A stretch of DNA of 64,000 bases, taken from assembly GCA_010093745.1 (NCBI GenBank), contig MU005970.1:143549-207548 (forward strand), in the 5' to 3' direction. The DNA is from Piedraia hortae CBS 480.64 (taxonomy: Eukaryota). Below the pieces are notes generated by a model, which saw only the letters and a program-made list of their open reading frames with translations, made no database searches and was not told the DNA's origin. Shown one piece after another: positions 1-11,409 of the stretch. The number at the start of each line of letters is the position of its first letter. Position 1 is the first letter of the stretch. The position numbers were made by a program, and so were the translations under genes.

Positions 1-105
1 TGTGGAGGCGTTGGTGAATGGGGCGGTGGAGGCGGCGGGGAGGGTAAGGGGGGTTGTTGAGTTGGTTTTGTTGGAGGAGAAGGTGGCGGGGGGTGATGCT
101 GGCAT
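1..105 (-). CDS. 5' end of a possible gene running off the window (Ser/Thr/Pro-rich start)
   Basis: ATG at 105 followed by an open frame MPASPPATFSSNKTNSTTPLTLPAASTAPFTNAST... to the window edge. No family motif is visible. Confidence 0.3.
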   Translation of the reverse strand, partial: MPASPPATFSSNKTNSTTPLTLPAASTAPFTNAST

Positions 106-300
106 GAGATGAGATGGATGATTGGTGGTTAATGCACTAAGATGAAGGTCCGGCAACCCCAGCGCAGGGACATCAACCCCTGGTCAACGTGCGGAGATTT
201 CCTGACCGATTTTGACATTACGACCGTTTACGGTCATTCATTAAACACCTGCAAAGGTCTAGTTTCATTATACAAGTCATTAGAGTGGAATTCGAATCCC

Positions 301-403
301 TTTGCTTTTTTTTTTCTTTTTCTTTTTCTTTTTTTCTTTCTTCTTTTTTTTTTTTGGTGTAAAATCAATGCAGAAACTTTTGTCATCATCATCATCATCA
401 TCA
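301..403. repeat. T-rich low-complexity tract plus (TCA)n microsatellite
   Basis: T/C-rich run at 301-356 and (TCA) repeats at 383-403, just downstream of the PTH11-like stop. These explain the poly-F/poly-K/poly-S ORFs in the track. Confidence 0.9.
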
Positions 404-1622
404 TTGCCACCGTTCGACGTCGGGATGCGGTTCAGATCGAACGTCTGTGCGTCTTGTTGTCTTGATCGCGGCGAGTTCCGTGGGCATGATGTCTTCATGG
501 CTGTCATGACCGGGTGCATTGGCCTCGATGGTAACCGAGTAACGCACCGTGGGGAAGTGCATTCCCAACGCCCGTGAGAGGTTCTGTTGGATGTCGGAGC
601 TGTCGTGTGTTTCCAAATCGGAAGATATCGGTGGCTTTCGCCAGTTTAGGCGCCTAACCAGAGGCCCTAACGTCGGAATGCCGGTTCCGATGAAGATAAG
701 GTGGACTTCCATTGAGCAGGAGACGAGAAAGGCTAGGCCATCGTCTGGAATCTGTTAGTCTTGGTTCAAATATGATAGGCGATGCCTTACATGTAATGTC
801 CTTTTTGGGGTGGAACATTGTCGCAATCTCAGTCTTTCTCCATATAGACGCTGCCATTGCCCTGAACAGTTAGCTTGAATATGACCCCCAAGGTAGATGT
901 GCATACATGAAGCTCAGGGAAAGCACAGCGGTGGCGGCGAACTTGGCCCGCTTCGTGGTTTGTAATCTAGAGATGAGCAGGGCCGGCACGATGGTCAGGA
1001 CGCCATCAGTGACGATGTTCCAACCGGCAACCGTCTCCATGTAGTTGTGCAAATGTCCAGGCTGGAAGCAGGTCGTCTTTGGATTCGCAAAGCGAGAAAG
1101 GGTGAGCCCACAGACGCCATACAGTGAAAAGATGAGGCTAAAGTTCCCAAGCACTTGTGTGACCATGAAAAACACAAGCACATATTTCAGCCACAGTCTT
1201 GCTTTGCCAATAATGGACAGCAGGTAAAGGATGAAAGATACCCGACCAGTCGTCAAAGCCATGAGACAGAAAGCCTGAGCGGTAAAGTTGAATTTGAGAA
1301 TCATCGCAAGATGGCTGATTGGAAGCGTCCTCATCGAGAGACCCAGTCCCCAATCGACGGCTGCCTGGACACAGGTTACAAACACCAGGTCGCAAACCTA
1401 ACAAAACGGTTAGTCTAGACCAAGAGTGACTGAAAACGGGCGACACACTATTGCGCACAACATCAAGGCATCGTCTGCGCCAAAACGTTTCACGCCCAGG
1501 AACCTAGACAGGACCCGACCAGCGGTGATGAGGACTGAGATTGCAAAAAGCGTCCAGTTAAGAGGGCAGAGGATGCGACCATAGATGCTGCGACCGTGAT
1601 GGATTGGCTCAACTGCGTCCAT
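401..1622 (-). CDS. PTH11-like fungal rhodopsin-domain multi-pass membrane protein (4 exons)
   Basis: Manual splicing (intron 1448-1398, then two more near 906-867 and 790-746, each GT..CTAAC..AG) gives ...RFLGVKRFGADDALMLCAI-VCDLVF...GLG...GRVSFILYLLSI...WNIVTDGVLTIVPALLISRLQ...KDITYDGLAFLVSCSMEVHLIFIGTGIPTLGPL. These motifs are typical of the PTH11/rhodopsin-domain family. No CFEM domain is seen. Confidence 0.85.
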
Positions 1623-2174
1623 AGCAAGCACATGTCCTTCTCCAGGAAGGGACGAAAGAGTGTATATCAACAACTTGACAAGGTGGCCCGAGTTCACCCA
1701 CGGTCAGGACCCTGCGCTGTCTGGAGAGTTAACGGGTGCCGCCAACGTTTGGGAACGGGCGCAGAGGCCAAGTTTTGAAAGTGTTCATCTCGCATGTCAA
1801 TGAAAGTTAGGCTGAGGGAAGCGTTAGTATGATCTGCAAATGTTCCTGTCACGCCACGCCGGGATCAGCACGTAGTCCCTGGGGAGGGGAACACTTCGCT
1901 TCCCTAAGTCCACGCGTAAAGAACAAAATAACCTTCCAGGTCCAGACGCCCATCACACTGATACGCAGAGCGCAGCGGGACGGCCCCATCCATGTGCAGT
2001 AGTCTGCGTGATGGGGGGATTTGTCCACGAGAATCCCGGGCAGCCTTGCATAAGAGAGGCGCGAAACTGAAGCCAGCCACCACCATCTCCCTGTCAAACC
2101 GTGTTAAATCAACAAGTCTCTCTGTTTCCCAAACCTTGATCTCACACAAACCATCTTTTTATCCTCTTTCGTCG

Positions 2175-2928
2175 TCAGGGTCCAGCATGATCGTCGCTGC
2201 TGCTGTCGTTGTCCACGTGGGACTGCGTTGCACAAGATTGATTACCTTGTGGCTCCCGGGATTCGCCAATAGAAGATGCATTATGCATGAGATTTTTGCC
2301 ATCTTCTCCATCTCCTTTTACACCAATCGGAGTTCTCCATTTAGACCGATCACATCCCCAGAATGGCTCGTCATCCGGGTTTTCCAATCCCATCCCCAAG
2401 ACGTCCTTGACAGCAGCCGTGCCTATGATAGCTCTCGAGTCGAGGTCTCGACATCCACGTCGAAGAGGCATCCTCCCTACTATCCATAACCCCTCAATCC
2501 GATCCAGCCCACTAACCCTTTCCGCCAACTAACCAAATCAAGCAATTCCCAAACCTTTTTCCTATGACCCACTCATCAAGGTTCTTGCCCAACATAACAG
2601 CGCCACTTCCTCACTCCCCGTGCGGGCAGATCATCAGCAAAGGAGGGGGCGGATGATCTCTATACAGAAAGTCCTGCAAAAGGACGGATTTACTTGATGG
2701 AGAGGGCGAAGACTTGATGGAGTACCTTGTGAGGGGGATCGGCTGGGCGAGTTGTCGTAAGTCCAGCCTCGTGAATTGTACATGTGGTCTGGGGGAAAAG
2801 GGATGTGCAGGATGAGGATAATGTTTCCCATCGAGGGAAGCCAGTTTTACAGAGTCTAGCGATAAGGTCGTTGCTATACCAATCTGAATGCTCTGCATCC
2901 AAGTCTCGAGCGTGTGCAAGTCCGTCAT
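2175..2928 (-). pseudogene. possible degenerate or orphan ORF
   Basis: Two ORFs (2611-2928 and 2175-2528) lie on the same strand with in-frame stops between them. There is no recognisable domain and no clean splice solution. Confidence 0.2.
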
Positions 2929-3171
2929 TCGCCTAATCTGGATTCATATTCGTATGCAGGTAAGCCCATTGGTAGCCACACTTTCCTAGTCCCACTTCCC
3001 TATCTCATGAGAGAGTGGATAGAGGCAGTTGTCCCATCTATAGCCTGAACAGCTACGAATAAATCCCACCAAATGCATAACCTCAAGTGTAGGACCCAAC
3101 TAACATCAACATTGCACATGTCACCGCCACAAGTAAAAACTCACTGTGCCGTCTACACTAACACTACTCAC

Positions 3172-3341
3172 TCACCTCCCAACCTTAACCATCACATACG
3201 GCACCTCGACCTCCTCATCATTCACATCATCCGCCGTAATTTCAAAGATGACATTCTTCTGATGGGCGGGAATCGGCTTTTTACTGATGAACTCCACCAG
3301 GTCTGACATTCTGTATCGACGTTAGCAGCATTCTTCCTCTC

Positions 3342-3378
<37 letters not shown>

Positions 3379-6363
3379 TTCCCAAAAAGAATATCTCCCA
3401 ACTCACTTCAATGGCATCCGATCCTTTAGTTTCGACGGCGGATAAAAGCTTGCGTAGAGAAGACTCACTCCGGAGCTGATCATTGAAATAATCAACCCCA
3501 GCTTCTCAAAATGCTCGATGAAATCTTTCAGAGGAATGTCGTCGACTTCAAATCGGTCCCAGAGCTTGTCAATGGTGACTTGTCCATTGGGTCCACTGTA
3601 TGTCCCTTTTGGACTGGCAATGGGGTCGCTGAAACCGAAAAAGGGCAGGGCGAGATTGACAAAGCCGTTGTTGTACTGCTCTAGGTCTTTCTTTCCATCG
3701 ATGAGCTTGTAGAGTTCTAGGATGACTAGTCCGGTGACTAGAGCTGTGGTTGTTGCGATTGCGGGGATGATTTTGCCGGCGATGAACTTGGTCTTGTGAC
3801 GATCTGCCGATGCGATTTTGTAGTTCTCGGCCCTCAGGTTCGATGCGGCGGTGATGAAGTCAATGTGGAAGTTGCTGTCATCGTCCTTTTCAAACTCAAC
3901 GGGCTCCATCTTGTAATTGTTCACGTCTGATGGCTTGGGCAGGTCATTGATGATGGCCTCGAGTGCGGCGTTGTCATCTGCCGCCGCGTTGTTGGCATTC
4001 GGGTCGGGCTCCTTGTCGTCAGTCTGGATCTTGACGCCTGGGTCGGGTTTGAATTCTGGAACAATCATTCGGTCAAGAACAGCCAGCATATGGCTCTCGT
4101 CGTTGACTGGCTTGATCTTGTAGATAAAGGCATACAGGTTAGCAGCTGCTTCCACGAAGCCAAGATGCATTGGGTTGTTGGGGTCAAACTGGAGCGGATC
4201 GGGGGCTCGTTTGGGTCCCGACCAGAACGGTTGACCGGTTGACGTCTTGGAATCCTTGGGAAAGTTGTGCAAGAGCTGCTGGATTGCATTGTTAAACTCC
4301 CTCTCAAACTGCGTCCGCGCCCACTCGATGCAGTCGTCAAAAGACTCTGGCTTGTCCTTTTGCAGATAGTCCCGCAGCATCTCCAGAGTGGCCTTTTCGT
4401 TGCCCGACTGCTTGAGAGACTTGGTCAGGTAGTCTTCCTGCGTCAGGTACGTATTGACAATCTCTGGATTGCCAGTGAACCACGTCTGGAACTTTTCCTT
4501 GGCCCAGGCAATCGTATGTTCGATGCGGTTGGGAAAGGATCGCAGAGTGCACATGGGAAACGACTGCTCAGGCGGATCCTGCGAGCTGGAGTACGACTCG
4601 CTAATGTGAGGCAGGACGACCTGAGTGTTGCCCTTGGTGCCCAGAGTACCGCTGTCCAACAAAGGCTTGCGGAAGAACACACAGCGTCTGTCGACGTACG
4701 TTCTCGCATCAACATTGTCCAGAGCATTTGTCACTCCATCCAGACCTTCCCAGAATTCTTCATTGAATATTCCCTCAGTCTCCGGTGCCACGCGGTCTTT
4801 CAAGGCCACAATGTGACCCTTTAGCCCGGGATTCATGGCCTCCACCGCAGCCGCTGCACACTCGCTCTTGAGCTTGCCAACGTCTCTCGGGCGGAACAAA
4901 AACTGCCTGTTGAGGTTGCTCTTTTCTATCTGGTCCATGTCCGTGACGGTTATGCTGCCACGGGGCCCGACTGCGAGACCAATCATGGCCCAGTTCTTGA
5001 GCATCTCGCAGCCAATGGCCCCAGCCCCGACCAGAAACTGCTTCACATTTCCCAGCTTTTCTTGGTAGGTCTTACCAAACACAGCAATCTGACCATCGTA
5101 CCGCGTGCCCAGAGGAGCACATTCTTTCTCGTTGCGTGGGCTGTCGGTGGGCAGCGACTCCAAGGAGTCAAAGTACAGCCATTGCTTCACCGGGGTGAAC
5201 TTGCCAGACACAGATTTCAGCACTTCTTGAGCCGCAAGACCGCCGAAAAAGGCAGCCATTGGGCACAGATCGCCGCGTGCTTGATAGGACAACTCCTTGA
5301 TAAGCTTCTCGCTCAGCTCCGGTGCATCTTCCATCTTGCTGGCGAGTCCCTGAGCCGATTTGAGAATTTCTGCAGCATCGACATCGTTCATGGGACGGGG
5401 AAGATGGCCATGCTTTTCGGCAAACATGTGCAGTGCTTGGAAGCCTACATGAAGCTGTGCGGGCCGATCGAACTTGGCAAAGTCAGATATCATGAGCTCC
5501 GGCTTCTTCAGCTGCTGGCTGAGCGGTTCGAAATCTATGATTTTGGGCATTTTGACCTGAGTATACAGCCCTCCACGGCGGTACTGGCCGAAGCCTGACA
5601 CATCGCCAATGGAGAACGTATAAGGCCCCTTGACTTCAATCCTGCGTGGCTTCCCGTCGTTAAGACCCTCCATGCCCTCAACTTCTGTAAATGTGACATA
5701 GTCGCCATCCTCAAGCCCATGCCGTGTCTCATCCAACGCCGACACCAGACCGTCCGTGTCGATGTCTGCAACGATACCACTCAGCGGATTCTCACCCGTG
5801 GGATCCCCGACGGTAAAATTCTTTCCAAAGTCTGTGAATATGTGTCCAAAGAGGCCAAAGGTGTCCGTCACGACGAGATATATACCGTTTTGGTGGCAGT
5901 AATCTGCAATCTTGAGCTGAATATCTAGAGGGGTGTCGGTAAGGGCGATGCACTGGTAGTTCCTCAACTGGCTGAGGTCGCTGGTGAGATCCTTTGCCTG
6001 GTGGATGCTGACCGGAGTGTACGGATTCAGTTCGCTCACCCGTGGCACCGTCACCTCTGCTCTCGGCTTGCCAATGTCGCTGGGAGTCAGGAAGAACTGC
6101 GAGGATAAATCTTCAATGCGCACAGGTTTGGGATCGTAGAGAGTAAGGCTTTTGACGCCCGCGAGGGCCACGTTCTTTGCAATTTCCACGCCGAGACCGC
6201 GAAGACCGACGATGAGGACGTTAGATGATCCCATCCGCTTCATGGCTTCATGGCCGAGCACATACAGCTGCCGACTGTAGAGGCTCTCGTCTATCGTAGA
6301 GTCTTGGGCCTGCTTAAGCTGTTCGACGTCCATCTTGTCTGGCGTTCTAATGTCTGGAGTCAT
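3172..6363 (-). CDS. UBA1: ubiquitin-activating enzyme E1
   Basis: [32 protein letters not shown] and catalytic PMCTLRSFP. Intron 3406-3311 (GTGAGT..GCTAAC..CAG), then last exon [24 protein letters not shown]...[11 protein letters not shown]. First in-frame ATG is at 6363 (see CUG finding). Confidence 0.97.
3343..3378. repeat. C36 homopolymer (G36 on the UBA1 sense strand) inside the last UBA1 intron
   Basis: Direct reading. Confidence 0.9.
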
Positions 6364-6553
6364 TTTCTTCTTGTTGGCCACAGCCACCTCTCCCGATAGC
6401 CGTCGCTTCCCCAGTTTGCCGGTGGATGAACGTTTATGTGGAAGGAACGTGTGTAAGATGAAGTAAGTGCCCGCAGGTTGAAGGCTTCAAGCCGCAAAAG
6501 TGACAGGCTGTGACATCATGTCAACGAGTTTTGTCATGGTGCCTCAGGCATAT

Positions 6554-6563
6554 ATCACGTGAT
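6554..6563. promoter_or_regulatory. ATCACGTGAT palindrome (bHLH/Cbf1-type E-box) in the UBA1-GCP4 bidirectional promoter
   Basis: Perfect palindrome about 50 bp from the GCP4 ATG. The same core recurs upstream of MDV1 and PPG1. Confidence 0.5.
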
Positions 6564-6615
6564 TGGGTTACAGCACAACATCAGCATAGCAGCGTAGGAA
6601 TGACTGGTTCACGCC

Positions 6616-8694
6616 ATGCTTCATGAGGTCCTGCTTGCCCTCTCGGGCCACAGTTCGCCGCTGTTCGCTGATGATGGCGGCCAGCAGAACGAGCTGTCAA
6701 CTCTGCTTACAACATCCGAGAAAGCGCTCTTGCAGTCAATTGGGCAGCTCGCTACTTGCCATAGGAGGCTACAGCGGCTCTTGCAGTACATAGTGTCCCA
6801 ACATAGGTCCATCATCAGCCGGGCTGTGGCAACGTCTATTCTTGAAACCCATCTAGCGTCCTTTCAGAAAAAGATTCTTGATGTTGAAAGTAAAATAATC
6901 ACAAAGGATGCCACCATGGTAGGAGCCTACGATATAGTGCCTCTTGCAGGCGTTGTAGCTGAATTCGATGATTGGCAGCGACTGATGGCTTGGTTGTGGG
7001 AGATTGCCAGCTTCGATACAGAAGCTAATCGTACGAATGGAGCCATGTTGATCAATAAGTTACGAAACGAGGCAAATACTGGATTTCCAGATATCCAAAC
7101 TGCTGCAACGCAGCTCAGTCAAGTGGCGGAGATGGCTTGGCTAAGGCAATTGTCAAGCTGGCTGCTTGTTGGAAAGTTGCCATCCGTTGGTGCAGATGAT
7201 TTCTTCATCAGAGAAGATGGAGAGATGTTGACATGCCGAAGAGAACTGTACCCCGTCTTCTTATCGTCTCAGACTGCCAAGTCTATACTTTTCACCGGCA
7301 GGTCACTCAACCAGATCAAGTTCTGTTCACAAAAGGGGCAGAATCTAGACAAAGAGATGAACATTGAAACAGAAGAGCAAGCGCTTGCTAAGAAACACCT
7401 AGAAATGCTTTCGGCGTTGTCATTTCCTATCCAGCCTGCTCAACTTTCGCGGGTAGTTTCTTCCATTCGACAGTCGTTGTCTGAGAATCTATTGAAGCAC
7501 TTGCTGCCGCAAGAAACCACCCTTCAAATCTTGCATTACCTACGACAGTACTTCTTACTTGAACGGGGCGAATTTGCAATAGCATTGATTGACGAAGCCG
7601 AGACGGTGCTCCACAAGCGACATGTAAACATGAGTCGTCTGTTGCAGCAGGATCGAGCCATACAAAACATGACGATCCAAGATGCAGAGCTCAACGAAGC
7701 ACTTTCGCGCACTTGGAAAGCCCTGGCTCGACTGGACGAGCACGGCGAGGATGAGCTTCTGGAATTTGCTGCTCAACACACCACCTTGGAGTCTCGAACA
7801 CATGCCGCCTCACGTCCCTCAACATCTGACAGCTTCATCGGCACAGAGTTGGAGATTTCACCAGTGTCATTCAACGATGTTCTCTTTCCCAGTGCAACAC
7901 ACCTACGTGCCAATTTCGAATCCCCGATGGACCTCTTCATCACATCTACGGAAGTCGAAACCTACTCCTCGATAAATTCGTATCTCCTCGCAATCAGACG
8001 CGCACAAGTCCGACTGTCAGAGCTATGGAGGAGAACAGCAGCGAGACGGACCGTCCCCGCTCTGAACAAATCACCAACATCAAAGCAAAGAGTCAAAGCC
8101 AATCGTAAGCTGTGGGCCACATGCAGCGCCGCCAATCTACTAGTATCCGAAATAGCCGCCTACTTTGAAGGCGAGATTATCGTCAAATCGTACGCGCAAT
8201 TTGAGAAGTGGGTTACAGCCAAAGACTCGACTGCCAAGACGCAAAGGGATCCAGAGAGTCTTGCTGCAGGTCATCGATCATTTCTCGCTTCTCTCACGTA
8301 TGCATTGCTACTCACCGACGTGCCCTTTACGCGTGAACTGCGCTCTCTACTGGGTAACGTTGACGCTCTAATTGCCTTCTTCACCTGCCAGCTCGATCTG
8401 CAGCAGAAGATGGATGAAGAAGTGGAATCCGGCGGGATCAGTGCTTATACGGAGTCTGACGACCGCCGCACAGCTCTCGAAGCCGACCGGTCTCGGAAAA
8501 AAGTCCGAAGCGACCTGAAATCTGTCATTAACCGTCTACGCCAACTAAACCGCGAACGAATCGGCTTCGCACGGTACTTCGACGTCGGAGCATCCCAAAG
8601 CGCAGGTTTCGAGCCGTGGAAAGGCGGCTCCGTCGACCGTCTGTTGATAAAACTCGAATTCGGCACAATTACCAACCACGAACTTTTCAAATAG
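6616..8694 (+). CDS. GCP4: gamma-tubulin complex component, GCP4 type (Spc97/Spc98 family)
   Basis: Starts MLHEVLLALSGHSSPLF; contains LRQYFLLERGEFA and ends DRLLIKLEF. 692 aa, no intron. Confidence 0.85.
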   Translation: MLHEVLLALSGHSSPLFADDGGQQNELSTLLTTSEKALLQSIGQLATCHRRLQRLLQYIVSQHRSIISRAVATSILETHLASFQKKILDVESKIITKDATMVGAYDIVPLAGVVAEFDDWQRLMAWLWEIASFDTEANRTNGAMLINKLRNEANTGFPDIQTAATQLSQVAEMAWLRQLSSWLLVGKLPSVGADDFFIREDGEMLTCRRELYPVFLSSQTAKSILFTGRSLNQIKFCSQKGQNLDKEMNIETEEQALAKKHLEMLSALSFPIQPAQLSRVVSSIRQSLSENLLKHLLPQETTLQILHYLRQYFLLERGEFAIALIDEAETVLHKRHVNMSRLLQQDRAIQNMTIQDAELNEALSRTWKALARLDEHGEDELLEFAAQHTTLESRTHAASRPSTSDSFIGTELEISPVSFNDVLFPSATHLRANFESPMDLFITSTEVETYSSINSYLLAIRRAQVRLSELWRRTAARRTVPALNKSPTSKQRVKANRKLWATCSAANLLVSEIAAYFEGEIIVKSYAQFEKWVTAKDSTAKTQRDPESLAAGHRSFLASLTYALLLTDVPFTRELRSLLGNVDALIAFFTCQLDLQQKMDEEVESGGISAYTESDDRRTALEADRSRKKVRSDLKSVINRLRQLNRERIGFARYFDVGASQSAGFEPWKGGSVDRLLIKLEFGTITNHELFK

Positions 8695-8714
8695 AAACGT
8701 TAATACTTACCCTC

Positions 8715-10281
8715 TCAATCTTGCTCAAACCCATCCGGGAGATTGCCCACTTCATCAGAAACCTTCCAATAAGCCGAAGGTCCCACAGGTCCAAAAGGAT
8801 CGTAATCCTTATGGAACCAACTCCCCACAACTCCCCTAGCGGCTCTCAACCCTCCAATCTGAATCCCTTCCGACTTCCACCTCTCTTCGCCGTTGAATAT
8901 GGACAGTGTCGTCCAGCGAATTTCGCCTTCGGGGGTTTCCTGTACGGTTCCTAGACCGCGTTAGCGACTGTACAAATCCATCGATGCGAACGTACCTCTA
9001 ATCTGACTCGTCCTCTGTGCAGTCCACTCCACGGCGAGGAGCGTACTAGTCCCCTTGAAGTGCACAACAGGCAACCTCCCGTTTTCAACCGGATCAATCC
9101 TCGTAACCCATAACTTCATCTCAATCATTAAAATCGCTAGATCAATCAGCCCGCCCAACCCAACAAAAAAGACCATCCGAAGACTCACCCTCCTGCGAAG
9201 CATCAATCCCCAGTTGTCCATTAAAATTAAACGCATAGAATTCCGTATAATCAAGGAAGCAGACCACCCGTTTCCAAGTTCCCGTAACTCCATATGGGTC
9301 TGCCACGGGCGTGCCTACCCCCGCCGTAGGCATCCCTCCCCCCCACGGAATAGGCGTAACCCCCCCAAACTCCTCCCACCAAGTCTCACTAACCTCCCCT
9401 TTAACCCTCTCCCCGGAATGACTTAGATTAAACCCCAAAAGCCTCACAATCGCAAGAGTTTTAACCCAATCAACCCTCCCCGAGCCATCGTCCCGAAAAG
9501 GACCCCAGAACGATCCTCGCGAATAATTCCGGATAGAGTAGACATGCTCCCGCGCGGAATGGATATCATCGTCGAGGTGTGGACACTTGCCCTTGGCGAG
9601 GTGGTAGGTTGAGCCGCCTGGGGTTGTTGCATTGGCTGTATCGGGGGATGGCCCGGTGGCTGCTACTGTAGATGTCCCCCCGGTGCCCCCGTTAGCTGCA
9701 CCGTTGCCTGCACTGGGACCTGCTTCGGGGTTTGTCCCTGCGAGGTTTGTTCCCCCATCACCTACCCCATCACCGGTTCCTCCGGCCCCCCCGTTGGAGA
9801 CGACGAGTGTGATTTTAATCGGCACATCCACCGACCCCCCAACTAAACAACTCAACTTCGCTCTCTTCTGACATGACGCCTCCCCCTCACACAAAAACGC
9901 ATCCCTATTCCCCCCATCACAAAAATACCCCACCAACCGCTTGACATTCCCCGAATTTTCCCTCTTCGCGGTCTGGAGGAGGAAGATCACCACCCGGTGC
10001 ACGAAGGTGAGATACAACTGCCGCCGCCGCTCGGTGAACGTATCCGTGTAGTTGTTCAGGATATTTTCGAGTTGGGTTACTTCGTGGAGAAGGGTTATGT
10101 AGTTTTGGGGGGGAGGGGGCGGGTCGTAGTGGGTTAGGTAGATGTCGCGGTGGAGGAGCGTGTTGGTGGTGATGAAGGTGTGCAGGAATTTGTTGGTGCG
10201 GGAGAGGGAGGCCAGGTCCTCTGGGTTGAGCGAGAGGAAGGTTAGGTGAAGGAGTTCGTTGCTTAGAGTTAGGAGGGACAT
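8715..10281 (-). CDS. F-box domain protein (3 exons)
   Basis: N-terminal LLTLSNELLHLTFLSL..EDLASLSRTNKFLH is F-box-like. C-terminal DPYGVTGTWKRVVCFLDY...GEIRWTTLSIFNGEERWKSEGIQIGG...GPVGPSAYWK is reached through two GT..AG introns near 9188-9137 and 8995-8952. Confidence 0.8.
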
Positions 10282-10485
10282 TTCTTGGGGGTTTTTTTTT
10301 TGGGGGGGGGGGGTCAGGTGTGTGTTGAGTTTGTGGTTGGATTAGTGGTTGGTGGTAAGAAGTAAGACCCCGCTGCAGGGATCGGCGCTTGTGATGATCA
10401 GTGACAGGATGGATAGGGCTTGACGATGCACGGTTGTGGGATTCATCTACTTGTTATGTACACAGCTTTGTTATATAATTTGTGG

Positions 10486-11383
10486 TCATTGCCTCCTATG
10501 CAGAACTTGCGCGGCAGCCTAATCCGTTAGCATCCATCCATAAGACCTAGGATGACCTCACCTGATGGTTCGGAAAAACAAGCATGTCCGCAACGACGAC
10601 ATTCTCCCTCCGCGACGCAACCCAGACAATCGTCTCTGCAATGTCCTCTGGCGTCAGGGGATCCACACCTTTATACACCTCCTTTGCTTTCTTCTCATCA
10701 CCACTGAACCGCACAATCGAAAACTCCGTCTCGACCTGTCCGGGATCGATCTCCATGACCCGTACTTTTGTCGAGATAAGCTCCTTGCGCATGGCTTCTG
10801 TGAAAGCCCTCACCGCGGCTTTGGATGCGCAGTAGATGCTCCCTCCAGGATAGCCTTCTCGACCCGCGATAGAGCCAATGTTGATGATATCGCCCCGGTT
10901 GCGGGATTTCATCCCTGGCAGGACGGCCTGAGTCATGTGGATTAGGCCTGAGACGTTGGTATCGATCATGCTGGAGATGTGGTCTTCCGGCACTTCGCCG
11001 GCGGGTGCTACGCCGCGGACGGTGCCGGCGTTGTTGACTAGGATGTCGATTTCTTGGTATTCTTTAGGGAGGCTCGGGAGGAAGGATGTAATGGCTGATG
11101 AGGAGGTCATGTCGAGTTGGGCGGTATGAACAGAGACTTGTGGAAAGGATGATTTGATGGAATTGGAGACTTCATCTAGATTGCTGGTTCGTCGTGCGGT
11201 TAATATTAGTTTCAGATTGTGTTCCGGTGCGGTTTGGGCGAATTCATGAGCTGCTGCACGACCGATACCGCTAGATGCGCCGGTTATCAGAATCGTTTTC
11301 CCGTTGAGACGGGACGCCGCTGAGGAAGACATTGTGCGAGCGAATGACCTAGAAACAGCTGATCTTGTTAGGATGGACAACAT
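10486..11383 (-). CDS. NADP-dependent short-chain dehydrogenase (YMR226C/YdfG-like 3-hydroxy acid dehydrogenase)
   Basis: TGASSGIG, LVNNAG, GSIAG, YCASK, DPGQVETEFS. A terminal intron after PNHQ leads to last exon AAAQVLHRRQ*. The N-terminus resembles a mitochondrial presequence. Confidence 0.9.
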
Positions 11384-11409
11384 GATGCCGAGGTTGATTG
11401 CGTCACAAG

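Noticed and set aside
142..577. ORFs with poly-F, poly-K, poly-S and poly-I runs
   Set aside because: They are translations of the T-rich tract and (TCA)n microsatellite.
8703..8712. ATACTTACC, matching the 5' end of U1 snRNA
   Set aside because: It is the reverse complement of a GGTAAGTAT donor-like sequence just after the F-box stop. The downstream sequence is F-box coding antisense with no U1 stems or Sm site.
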